From positions 182,280,001 through 182,344,000 of the forward strand of contig OZ024742.1 in the NCBI GenBank assembly GCA_964016885.1: a stretch of 64,000 bases of DNA, given 5' to 3'. This document shows positions 31,001 to 43,554 of this stretch, in pieces. The translations under genes and the position numbers were made by a program. The notes below the pieces were generated by a model. It saw only the letters and a program-made list of their open reading frames with translations, ran no database searches and was not told the origin of the DNA. Origin of the DNA: Eledone cirrhosa. Its lineage: Eukaryota. Positions within the stretch are counted from its first letter, which is position 1. Each line of letters begins with the position of its first letter.

Positions 31001-34000
31001 ATGACCTCACTCAGAATAGGCAGCATAAATGCGCGTGGCTTGGGGTCGTCATGGAAGCAGGGCCACCTGCTCAACGACCTCAGGTCACTAAACATAGATG
31101 TAGTGGCCATCAGCGAGACCAGAATCTCCGAAGCACAGGCTTTCGCACCGATCTTCGGCGGCTACGATGTGTACGCATCTCCCAGCCGTCCGGGATCGGG
31201 GGGAGGAGTAGCTGTGCTTTTTCGGAGAGGTTTGGATCTTGCCATACGGGCCATCTTCCTGGACCCAGAAGGTAAGTTGGTGGTGCTGGACGTGACCAGC
31301 GGAGACGGGCAAGCTTTCAGGTTAGTGGCCGTCTATGCCCCGACAGGAGCAGGGCGGCCTGATTTCTTCCGGCGTCTGGAGACTTTTCTTGGAACGTCCC
31401 GCTCTTTAGTGTTAGTGGGCGACTGGAACGGGATCTTAGATGCACGCTGGGATTGTGTGGGATTAGTGGATAGGGAAGGAGGGTGCAAGAGTCTCACCAA
31501 CCTGCTCAGACGTTTTGAACTGTCTGACAGGTACCGAATGGATTTCCCGAATGTACCAGTGTGGACTTGGACAAATCGCATAGGGTCATCCAGATCATAT
31601 CTAGATAGAGTATTTTGTAGGGAAATAGATAAGTCTAGCATAGGCTGTCCACAATTCAAGATAGTCAGCTACACGGACCACAAATTCGTGATCTGTGTAC
31701 TTGACTTAGATAGGCTTCATAGGCGAGGACCCGGCTACTGGAAGCTAAACGCGTCCTTACCAGCGCGCAAGGCCTACAGAGACCGGATTAGCGAACTAGT
31801 TAAGCGGGCGCTGACGGGGGCCATCGTCAACAACAAGTGGTGGTTTGCTCTGAAAAGAGCAATTAGAATAGAGTCCATTAGGTTTAGTAAGACTTTAGCA
31901 ATAGAGAAAAATAGAGCAGAGGGAGAACTAGTTAGCAAATTAGATGAGGCGCTTAGCAAAGGCATCGCGACCGACGTGCTTGCGGCGAAATTGGCCCTTG
32001 ACCAATTCTTCAATGCAAAGCACGAAGGCTGCGTTGTCAGAGCTAGGGTGCGTGCTCTCAGACACGAGGGGACGAAAGCCATTCAATGGGCCCGAGTGGC
32101 GGAGGCGCGTCGTGGCAACAAAGCCACGATCCGGTCTTTGGTGGACCACGACGGGCGCATGCTACTCGATCCCGGGCAAATGTGTGAAGCTTTTCAGCGA
32201 CGCTTCGCTCAACTGTTCGGGGGCAGTGGCGGGCCGGATCGAGGGATGGACTTTAGTGTCTACCTCGACGGACTGCCGCGGCTTGCGGCCACTGAGGCGG
32301 AGTGTTGCGAAAAGCCGATAACAACCGCTGAAGTACGGGATGCAATGACTAGTTGCACAAGGGGTAAATCGCCTGGTTTGGCTGGTCTGCCCTATGAACT
32401 TTACGTACAAATGCCAAACTTGTTCGGAGGCCTCTTGGCGGACTTCTACTGCAACTGGCAACAGAACGGGAGAATTCCCAGCTCTGTGAGCCGAGGAGCG
32501 GTGGCGCTGCTAAGAAAGGATCCGAACAAGGGGGATAACATAGATAATTTTAGGCCCATAACTCTGCTAAACACAGAGTTCAAGATTTTGGCCAAGGTGC
32601 TAGCAAAGAGGTTGGCGCTTGTCGTTGGTGGTCTGGTGGGAGAGGCACAGACATGCGCCATTCCCGACAGATCCATCCACGACAACCTTCACCTCATGCG
32701 ATACATCGTAGAGAGGGTAGCTAGGGAACCTGGCAAGGGTGGGTCTTTGATCAATTTAGATCAATCGAAAGCCTTCGATAGGGTCGACCATCGTTACCTA
32801 GCGGCAGTCCTGAGGGCGGCTGGCTTTGGGCCCGACTTCAGAGGCTGGATCGCTGCCATGCACAGCAACATCTGCTCTGTAGTGAGAGTGAACGGTCACC
32901 TTTCGGAACCGTTCAACATCATGCGCTCGGTCCGCCAAGGATGTCCCCTCTCGTCCCTATTGTACGTATTGACTCTCGAGCCATTACTGCACAAACTGGA
33001 GACGTTGAGGGGGATCCCGCGCGAACTAGGATGCGGAAGATCCGTGTCAGCATATGCCGACGATGTCACCGTAGTGGTGTCGAACGCCAAACACATCGAG
33101 GCGATCGGCACTACACTAAGAGAATACGAAGCGGTGACAGGAGCAATGATCAACCAGGAAAAGTCAGTGGGCCTGCAGCTCGGCACCTGGAGAGGCAGGT
33201 CCATGCCGTCCAACAGCGTCGTCGGGCGCTGGACGGACGGACCGGTTAAATTGCTAGGGGTCTGGTTCGGTCCAGACCTCCAGACGGACAAAAACTGGGA
33301 CGAGGTGACGAGCAGGGTGGCTTCTCTCACCCAGAAATGGGCTGAGAGGAAGCTATCCTTGAAAGGTCGAGCAGAGGTGGCGAATGCGTACATCGCATCC
33401 GTCATCTACTACCGCCTGACCGTCGTACCTTGTCCTAAGCCCCGCCTGACTGCGCTGGAGCGTTTGCTCTTTCGCTTCTTGTGGAAGGGACGCGCTCCGA
33501 TGGTCAGGCGGTCCATCTGCTGTCAACACCCGCTACGTGGAGGGCTGGGCATGCCGTGGCTGATGATGCGCAGACACGCGCTCAGGCTACGACATCTCCA
33601 CCTCTTCCTCGACGGTGATCAGGTGTGGTCGCCGTTTGCAAGACACGTTTTTCCCCAGCTCGTCTCCTTGACGGAGCTGCAGTCCTGGGTCAAGCGAAGA
33701 CCGAGAGGGAGCGCTTGGAGACTGGAATGTCTTCAGGCGCTCACAGCCCTCGACCAATCGGGCAATGTGATCGGTGGAAACTCCACCTTGGCGTTCTATA
33801 GGGGATTAGTGGAGGGGAAGAGCGACGACGTACTTGGAGAAACTCTAGGCGTCGACGAAAATCAACTAGCCAATCTCTTCGGAAGGACTTTCGGGCCGGG
33901 GCCTATGGACAACTTCCAGAAATCCCTGGCCTGGCAGTGCTACCGAGGAGCTTTGCCAGTTCGGGATAAACTCTACAGGCATGGAGGTGCCGTCAGCCGG

Positions 34001-34420
34001 GCATATCCGAGATGCGCGCAGGGCGACGAAACCGTCCTGCACGCACTCGTCCAGTGTCCGAGCATTGCTGACTTGTGGGTTTATGTCGAACACCTGCTGT
34101 CACGTGTAGGACGGATCCAGCTATCAGCTGAGTCCATCGTGAGGATTGCCCCGCCCCCTTACTTTAGCCTGGAAGGGCAGGCAGTTTTTATCTGTCTGGT
34201 GGCCATGGCGAAAGAGATAGTATGGTGGACACGTTTGAAAGGGCTGAAGACGAACACTTACCTCTTCGGTGATGCCTTGATTAACTTTTTCAAATTTCAT
34301 TTGAAAAGGAAAATCAGGGTAGAGAGGGAAGTGCTCTCTTCCCAGCATTTTGTTGAAAGATGGGTGAGAGAAGCAAGTATGGCCCGAATGAATGGGCCTT
34401 CTCTGAGTATGTGTCTGTAA
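31001..34420 (+). CDS. Tx1/L1-clade ORF2p: APE endonuclease, reverse transcriptase, C-terminal Cys-rich domain (1139 aa, uninterrupted)
   Basis: SINARGL, ISET, VYAP, VGDWN, SYLDRV, TDH, GPGYWKLN; FRPITLLN, LDQSKAFDRV, VRQGCPLS, AYADD; GGLGMP; YPRC...ETVLHALVQC. Confidence 0.96.
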   Translation: MTSLRIGSINARGLGSSWKQGHLLNDLRSLNIDVVAISETRISEAQAFAPIFGGYDVYASPSRPGSGGGVAVLFRRGLDLAIRAIFLDPEGKLVVLDVTSGDGQAFRLVAVYAPTGAGRPDFFRRLETFLGTSRSLVLVGDWNGILDARWDCVGLVDREGGCKSLTNLLRRFELSDRYRMDFPNVPVWTWTNRIGSSRSYLDRVFCREIDKSSIGCPQFKIVSYTDHKFVICVLDLDRLHRRGPGYWKLNASLPARKAYRDRISELVKRALTGAIVNNKWWFALKRAIRIESIRFSKTLAIEKNRAEGELVSKLDEALSKGIATDVLAAKLALDQFFNAKHEGCVVRARVRALRHEGTKAIQWARVAEARRGNKATIRSLVDHDGRMLLDPGQMCEAFQRRFAQLFGGSGGPDRGMDFSVYLDGLPRLAATEAECCEKPITTAEVRDAMTSCTRGKSPGLAGLPYELYVQMPNLFGGLLADFYCNWQQNGRIPSSVSRGAVALLRKDPNKGDNIDNFRPITLLNTEFKILAKVLAKRLALVVGGLVGEAQTCAIPDRSIHDNLHLMRYIVERVAREPGKGGSLINLDQSKAFDRVDHRYLAAVLRAAGFGPDFRGWIAAMHSNICSVVRVNGHLSEPFNIMRSVRQGCPLSSLLYVLTLEPLLHKLETLRGIPRELGCGRSVSAYADDVTVVVSNAKHIEAIGTTLREYEAVTGAMINQEKSVGLQLGTWRGRSMPSNSVVGRWTDGPVKLLGVWFGPDLQTDKNWDEVTSRVASLTQKWAERKLSLKGRAEVANAYIASVIYYRLTVVPCPKPRLTALERLLFRFLWKGRAPMVRRSICCQHPLRGGLGMPWLMMRRHALRLRHLHLFLDGDQVWSPFARHVFPQLVSLTELQSWVKRRPRGSAWRLECLQALTALDQSGNVIGGNSTLAFYRGLVEGKSDDVLGETLGVDENQLANLFGRTFGPGPMDNFQKSLAWQCYRGALPVRDKLYRHGGAVSRAYPRCAQGDETVLHALVQCPSIADLWVYVEHLLSRVGRIQLSAESIVRIAPPPYFSLEGQAVFICLVAMAKEIVWWTRLKGLKTNTYLFGDALINFFKFHLKRKIRVEREVLSSQHFVERWVREASMARMNGPSLSMCL

Positions 34421-34662
34421 ATTAAAGGGGGAAAACTGGGAGAGGGCACTTGCCCTGGTGGTCAGGGCCAATGTGGTCTTTTAATGGGCTTTCTCCACAA
34501 ATGTCCCTTGGAAGTCTCCCCCCTATTGGGGAATTTTTCTTTGTTATTTTATTTCAACCTCTGTTTTTTTACACGAAGAAATGCCCATTTGTACCGTCCT
34601 GTATTGTCCTGTACTGTCCTTAATGTCTACTTTATGTGAACCCTTGTGGTTAATAAAGAAAA

Positions 34663-34663
<1 letters not shown>

Positions 34664-34710
<47 letters not shown>
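34664..34710 (+). repeat. (ATT)n microsatellite, right flank of the Tx1 element
   Basis: ~15 ATT units directly after AATAAAGAAAAC. Confidence 0.95.
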
Positions 34711-34713
<3 letters not shown>

Positions 34714-36480
34714 ATTAGAGAACAACACAACCAAACAACTATACTACATAACTACAGCCCAACACAACCACACAATTATACTACAGAACTACATAATTAC
34801 TCCCCAAAATTAACCCAAAAGTATCCTACAGAACTACAATACTACAGCCCAACACAACTACACAACTATACTACAGAACTACATAACTACAGCCCGACAC
34901 AACCACAAAACTATACTACAGAACAATATAACTACAGAACGACACAACCACACAACTATACTACAGAACTACATAACTACAGAACAACAAAACCACACAA
35001 CTATCCTACATAACTACATAATTACAACCCAACACAAACACACATCTATACTACAGAATTATATAACTACAGAACAGCACAACCACACAACTATACTACA
35101 GAACTACAGAACAATACAACCACACAATTATACTACTGAACTAAAGAACTATATAACTGCAGAACAACAGAACCACACAACTATACTACAGAACTACAGA
35201 ACTACATAACTATAGAACAACAGAACCACACTACACAACTACATAACTACAGAACAACACAACTACATTACTAGATAACTGCATCCCAACACAACCACAC
35301 ACCTATACTACAGAACTATATAACTAAAGAACAATACTACCACACAACTATACGACAGCACTATAAAACTACAGAACAAAGGAACCACACAACTATACTA
35401 CAGAACTATATAACTACAGTCCAACACTACCACACAACTATCCTACATAACTACATAATTACAGCCCAACACAACCACACATCTATACTACAGAATTATA
35501 TAACTACAGAAGAGCACAACCACACAACTATACTACAGAACTACAGAACAATACAACCACACAATTATACTACTGAACTAAAGAACTATATATCTACAGA
35601 ACAACAGAACCACACAACTATACTACAGAACTACATAACTACAGCCCAACGCAACCAAACAACTATACTACAGAACTACATAACTACATAACTACAGAAC
35701 AACAGAACCACACTACAGAACTACATAACTACAGAACAACACAACCACACAACAATACTACAGAACTACATAACTACAGCCCAACACAACCACACAACTA
35801 TATTACAGCACTATAGAACGACACAAGCACACAACTATACTATATAACTACATAACTACAGAACAACACAACCACAGAACTAAACTACAGAACTACATAA
35901 CTACAGATTAACAGAATCACACAACTATACTACATAATTATATAATTACAGAACAACAAATCCACACAACTATACTATATAACTACATAACTACAGAAAA
36001 GCACAACCACACAACTATACTACAGAACTACATAACTACAGCCCAACACAACCACAAAACTATACTACAGAACTATATAACTACAGTCCAACACAACCAC
36101 ACAAATATACTACATAACTACTTAACTACAGAACAACACAACCGCACAACTATACTACAGAACTACATAACTACAGAACCACACAACCACACAACCATGC
36201 TACAGAACTACATATCTATAGAACAACACAACCACACAATTATACTTCCGAACTACAGAACTGCACAACAACACAACCACATAACTATACTACAGAACTA
36301 CATAACTACAGCCCAATACAACCACACAACTATACTACAGAACTACAGAACTACAGAACAACACCACCACACAACTATACTACAGAACTACAGAACTACA
36401 GAACTACATCCCAACACAATCACACTAAAGAAATAAATAACTACAGAACAACACAACCACACAACTATACTACATAACTA
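34711..36480 (+). repeat. 45-bp satellite block
   Basis: Same monomer. Confidence 0.95.
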
Positions 36481-37355
36481 TATTCTGTCAGCAGCGATTT
36501 GAGTTGGACAAAGCATGTCTCTAAGATTGTCAAGAAGGCCGAGGGTGTCTTGGCATCACTCAGCAAGACCTTTGTTAGCCGTTCTCCAGCCATCTATTTA
36601 AAACTGTATACAGCTATGGTACGACCACACTTGGAATTCGCATCATCAGTCTGGAACCCCTATCTTGCTCAGAACATTGACCTCCTGGAAACTGTTCAGA
36701 GACGTGCAACCAAGCGCATCCCCTCCATCAGACACCTACCTTACTCTGAAAGCCTTGCTTCCCTGGGCATGGATTCATTGAAGCTCCGACGTCTGGCAAT
36801 GGACTTGGTGATTACCTACAAAGTTATTAACCATCTCGCCAATTGCAATCCCTGAGCACCTTTTAGATCTCCATGTGTCTAACACACGTGGACATGCCTA
36901 CAAGATCAGAAAACTGCACAGCTCCCATGACTTTCGTAGACATTCTTTCACGCTCAGAGTTGCTGAAGCATGGAACAAACTGCATGCGTCAGTTGTTAGC
37001 TGCCGAGACACTGCATCCTTTAAGACACTCATGCTTCCCGAAATACGCCAAAACCTCACCTGATGTACCCCTTCCATAAATATGCACACATGTGTGTATC
37101 ATGACTCGTGCACTGTTCATTTTACTGAAGTTTGTGCATTGCCCTATGTACTGTACATGCACTTTTTTGATGAGTTGTGGTGCACCTGGGCACTGTACAC
37201 AATATTTCATTATTATTATTATTATTATTATTATATCATGACTCATACACTGTTCATTTTCCTGACATTTGTACATTATTCTATGTACTATACACGCACC
37301 TTTGATGAGTTGTAGTGCACCTGAGCACTGTACACAATAATTTCATTATTATTAT
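36481..37355 (+). mobile_element. CR1-group LINE copy 3, 5'-truncated
   Basis: Same 5' breakpoint and the same tgcaatccctga frameshift as copy 1; duplicated 3' UTR; short (ATT)n tail. Confidence 0.92.
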
Positions 37356-38891
37356 AACTACAGCCCAACAAAAGCACACAAATATACTACAGAACTACAG
37401 AACAACACAACCACACAATTATACTACAGAACTGTTTAACTACAGAACAATACAACCAAACAACTATACTACAGAACTATATAACTACAGAACAACAGCA
37501 CCACACAGCTACACTACAGAACTACAGAACAACCGAAAAGCACAACCACACATCTATACTACAGAACTACAGAACTACAGCCCAACACAACCACACAACC
37601 ATACTACTGAACTACATAACTACAGCCCAACACAACCACACAACTATACTATAGCACTACAGAACCACACAACCACACAACCACACAACTATACTACAGA
37701 ACGACATAACTACAGAACAACACAACCACACAACTATACTACAGAACTACAGAACTACATAACTACAGAACAAAAGACGAAACAACTAAACTACAGAACT
37801 ACATAACTACAGAACAACACATCCACACAACTAAGCTACAGAACTACATAACTACAGAACAACAGAACCACACAACTATACTACAGAACTACATAACTAC
37901 AGAAACACACAACCACACAACTATACTACAGAACTACAGAACTACAGAACAACACAACCACACAACTATAATATAGAACTGTATAACTACAGAAAAATAC
38001 AACCACACAACTATACTACATAACTACATAACTACAGAACAACAACACCACACAACTATACTACAGAACTACATAACTACACAACAACAGAACCACACAA
38101 CTATACTACATAATTACATAATTACAACCCAACACAACCACACATCTATAGTACACAATTATATAATTACAGAACAACACAACCAAACAACTATACAACA
38201 TAACTACAGAACAACACAACCACACAATTATACTCCAGAACTACATAATTACTCCCCAAAACTACCCCAAAAGTATCCTACAGAACAACAATACAACAGC
38301 CCAACACAACTACACAACTATACTACAGAACTACATAACTACAGCCCGACACAACCACAAAACTAAACTACAGAACAATATAACTACCGAACAACAACAC
38401 CACACAATTATACTACAGAACTACATAACTAAGAACAACAGAACCACACAACTATACTACAGAATAATATAACTACAGAACAACAAAACCACACAACTAT
38501 CCTACATAACTACATAATTACAACCCAACACAACCACACATCTATACTACAGAATTATATAACTACAGAACCACACAACCACACAACTATACTACAGAAT
38601 TACAGAACAATACAACCACACAATTATACTACTGAACTAAAGAACTATATAACTACAGAACAACAGAACCACACAACTATACTACAGAAGTACATAACTA
38701 CAGCCCAACGCAACCAAACAACTATACTACAGAACTACAGAACTACATAACTACAGAACAACAGAACCACACTACAGAACTACATAGCTACAGAACTATA
38801 TAACTACAGAACAACAGAATCACACAACTATACTACAGAACTACATAACTACAGCCCAACACAACCACACAACTATACTACAGAACTACAT
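37356..38891 (+). repeat. 45-bp satellite block
   Basis: Same monomer. Confidence 0.95.
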
Positions 38892-40096
38892 AGGGATCTG
38901 TTCTTGGTCCCCTTTTGTTTGTGGCATATATTAATGACATAGATGCCAACTTACAGAATGCTACGGTACTGAAATATGCAGATGACATCAAGCTGTACCT
39001 TGAAATCAAAAGGACTGATCCTGAACTTTACAACACTTTCCTACAATCAGACCTGGACGCAATGCAGCAATGGATCACAGACTGGCAACTGAAGCTGGCT
39101 GTGGACAAGTGTACCACCATGCATTTTGGAAGGAAAAATCCAGCGTCCACATACTCCCTCCACAACACTGATATCAAAAAGTCCTTTTGTGAACGTGACC
39201 TGGGCATTACTTTCAGCAGCGATTTCTGTTGGACAAAGCATGTCTCTGAGATTGTCAAGAAGGCCGAGGGTGTCTTGGCATCACTCAGCAAGACCTTTGT
39301 GAGCCGCTCTCCAGCCATCTATTTAAAACTGTATACAGCTATGGTACGACCACACTTGGAATTCGCATCATCAGTCTGGAACCCTTATCTTGCTCAGAAC
39401 ATTGACCTCCTGGAAACTGTTCAGAGACTTGCAACCAAGCGCATACCCTCCATCAGACACCTACCAGACTCTGAACGCCTTGCTTCCCTGGCCATGGATT
39501 CATCTAAGCTCCGACGTTTGGCAATGGACTTGGTGTATACCCACAAATTTATTAACCACTCGCCAATTGCAACCCTGAGTACCTTTTTGATCTCCATGTG
39601 TCTAACACACGTGGACATGCCTACAAAATCAGAAAACAGCACAGCTCCCATGACTTTAGTAGACATTTTTTCACGCTCAGAGTTGCTGAAGCATGGAACA
39701 AACTGCATGCGTCAGTTGTTAGCTGCCGAGACACTGCATCCTTTAAGACACTCATGCTTCCCGAAATACGCCAAAACTACACCTGATGTACCACTTCCAT
39801 AAATATGCACACATGTGTGTATCATGACTCGTGCACTGTTCATTTTACTGATGTTTGTGCATTGCCCTATGTACGGTACATGCACTTTGTTGATGAGTTG
39901 TGGTGCACCTGGGCACTGTACACAATATTTCATTATTATTATTATTATCATTGTTATTATTATATCATGACTCATACACTGTTCATTTTCCTGACATTTC
40001 TACAGTATTCTATGTACTATACATGCAACTTGGATGAGTTTTAGTGCACCTGAGCACTGTACACAATAATTTCATTATTATTATTATCATTATTAT
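38892..40096 (+). mobile_element. CR1-group LINE copy 4, truncated within the RT domain
   Basis: Starts at GSVLGPLLF, contains LKYADDIKL and DLGI; frameshift near 39560; duplicated 3' UTR; ATT tail. Confidence 0.93.
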
Positions 40097-43000
40097 ATAA
40101 TTACAGAACAACACAACCAAACAACTATACTACATAACTACAGCCCAACACAACTCCACAACTATACTACAGAACTACATAACTACGGCCCGACACAACC
40201 ACAAAACTAAACTACAGAATTACATAACTACAGAACAACAACACCACACAATTATACTACAGAATTACATAACTACAGAACAATACAACCACACAATTAT
40301 ACTACTGAACTAAAGAACTATATAACTACAGAACAAGAGAACCACACAACTATACCACAGAACTACATAACTACAGCCCAACGCAACCAAACAACTATAC
40401 TACAGAACTACAGAACTACATAACTACAGAACAACAGAACCACACTACAGAACTACATAACTACATTACTAGATAACTGCAGCCCAACACAACCACACAC
40501 CTATACTACGGAACTATATAACTAAAGAACAATACTACCACACAACTATACGACAGCACTATAAAACTACAGCACAAAGGAACCACACAACTATACTACA
40601 AACTACATAACTACAGAAAAACACAACCACACAACTATACTACAGAACTACATAACGACAGCCCAACACAACCACACAACCATACTACAGAACTACACAA
40701 CCACACAATTATACTACAGAACTATATAACTAGAGAACAACACAACCACACAACTATACTATAGAACTTTATAACTACAGCCCAACACAACCACACAACT
40801 ATGCTACAGAACAACAAACCGCACAACTATACTACAGAACTATATAACTACACAACAACACAACCACATAACTATACTACTGAACTACATAACTACAGCC
40901 CAACACAACCACACAACTATACTACAGAACTACATAATTACAGAACAACACAACCACACGACTATACTACAGAGCTATATAACTACAGAACAATACAGCC
41001 ACACAACTATACTACAGAACTATATAACTACAGAACAACACAACCACACAACTATACTACAGAGCTATAAAACTACAGAACAATACAGCCACACAACTAT
41101 ACTACAGAACTATATAACTACAGAACAACACAACCACAAAACTATATTACAGAACTACATAACTACAGTCCAACACAACCACACAACTATACTACAGAAC
41201 TACAGAACAATACATCCAAACTACAGAACTACATAACTACAGAACAACACAATTACATTACTACATAACTTCAGCCCAACACAGCCACACACCTATACTA
41301 CGGAACTATATAACTAAAGAACAATACTACCACACAATGATACGGCTGCACTATAAAACTACAGAACAAAGGAACCACACAACTATACTACAGAACTACA
41401 TAACCTCAGCCCAACACAACCACACAACTATACTACAGAACTACATAACTACAGAACAACACAACCACACATCTATACTAAAGAACTACATAACTAGAGA
41501 ACAACACAACCACACAACTATGCTACAGAACTACATAACTATAGAACAACACAACCACACAATTGTACTACCGAACTACATAGCTACAGAACAACACAAC
41601 CACACAACTATAATACAGAACTACATAACTACAAAACAATACAACCACACAACTATACTACAGAACTACATAACTACAGCCCAACACAACCGCACAACTA
41701 AAGTACAGAACTACATAACTACAGAACAACAGAACCACACAGCTATACTACTGAATTATATAACTACAGAACAACAACACCACACAACTATACTACATAA
41801 CTTTATAACTACAGCCCAACACAACCACACAACTATACTAGAGAACTATTTAACTACAGAACAATAGAACCACACAGCTATACTACAGAATTACAGAACA
41901 ACAAAACCACAAAACTATACTACAGAACTACAGATCTACAGTCCAACACAACCACACAACTATACTACATAACTACAGAACAACACAACCACACAACTAT
42001 ACTACATAACTACAGAACAACACAACCACACAACTATACTACAGAACTACATAACTAGAGAACAACACAACCACACAACTATGCTACAGAACTACATAAC
42101 TACAGAATAACACACCCACACAATTATACTACCGAACTACATAACTACAGAACAACACAACCACACAACTATACTACAGAACTACATAACTACAAAACAA
42201 AATAACCACACAACTATAGTACAGAACTACAGCCCAACACAACCACACAACTATACTACAGAACTACAGAACTACAGAACAACACAACCACACAACTATA
42301 CTACAGAACTACGTAACTTCATAATCACACAACCACACAATTATATTACAGAGCTACAGAAGTACATAACTACAGAACAACACAACCACACAACTATACT
42401 ACAGAACTATATAACTACTGAACAATACAGACACACAACTATACTACAGAACTATATACCTACAGAACAACACAACCACACAACGACACTACAGAACTAC
42501 ATAACTACAGCCCGACACAACCACAAAACTATACTACCGAACAATATAACTACAGAAATACACAACCACACAACTATACTACAGAACTTCAGAATTACAT
42601 CGAAACACAACCACAGGACTATACTACAGAACTACATAACTACAGAACAACACAACCGCACAACTAAACTACAGAACAACAGAACTACACAGCTAATCTA
42701 CAGAATTATATAACTACAGAACAACAAAACCACACAACTATACTACATAACTAGATAACTACAGCCCAACACAACCACACATCTAAACTACAGAAGTACA
42801 TAACTACTCAACATCACAACCACACAACTATGCTACAGAACTACATAACTACAGAACAACACAACCACACAACTAAACTACATAACTACAGAACAACACA
42901 ACCACACAACTAAACTACAGAAGTACATAACTACTGAACATCACAACCACACAACTATGCTACAGAACTACAGAACTACACAACAACACAACCACATAAC

Positions 43001-43554
43001 TATACTACAGAACTACAGAACAACACCACCACACAACTATACCACAGAAGTACATAACTACAGAACAACACAACAACACAACTATACAACAGAACTACAT
43101 AACTACAGAACAACACAACCACACAACTATACTACAGAACTACAGAACAACACAACCACACAATTATACTACAGAACTACAGAAATACATAATTACAGAA
43201 CAACACAACCACACAACTATACTACAGAACTACATAACTACATAACTACAGAACAACACTACCAAATTACTAAACTACAGAACTACATAACAACAGAACC
43301 ACATAACTATACTACAGAACTACATAACTACAGAACAAACAACTACATTACTACATAACTGCAGCCCAACACAACCACACACCTATACTACGGAACTATA
43401 TAACTAAAGAACAATACTACCACACAACTGTACGACAGCACTATAAAACTACAGAACAAAGGAACCACACAACTATACTACAAACTACATAACTACAGAA
43501 AAACACAACCACACAGTTATACTACAGAACTACACAACCACACAATTATACTAC
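40097..43554 (+). repeat. 45-bp satellite block
   Basis: Same monomer. Confidence 0.95.

Larger units (their letters stand above)
28776..34663 (+). mobile_element. Full-length Tx1/L1-clade non-LTR retrotransposon inserted in (ATT)n
   Basis: 5' UTR, ORF1 with CCHC knuckle, ORF2 with APE-RT-Cys domains, 3' UTR with AATAAA (34652-34657). Flanked on both sides by (ATT)n. Confidence 0.93.

Noticed and set aside
31088-34471. Antisense and alternative-frame ORFs over Tx1 ORF2 (and likewise over the CR1 copies)
   Set aside because: Shadow ORFs of coding sequence with no recognisable motifs.
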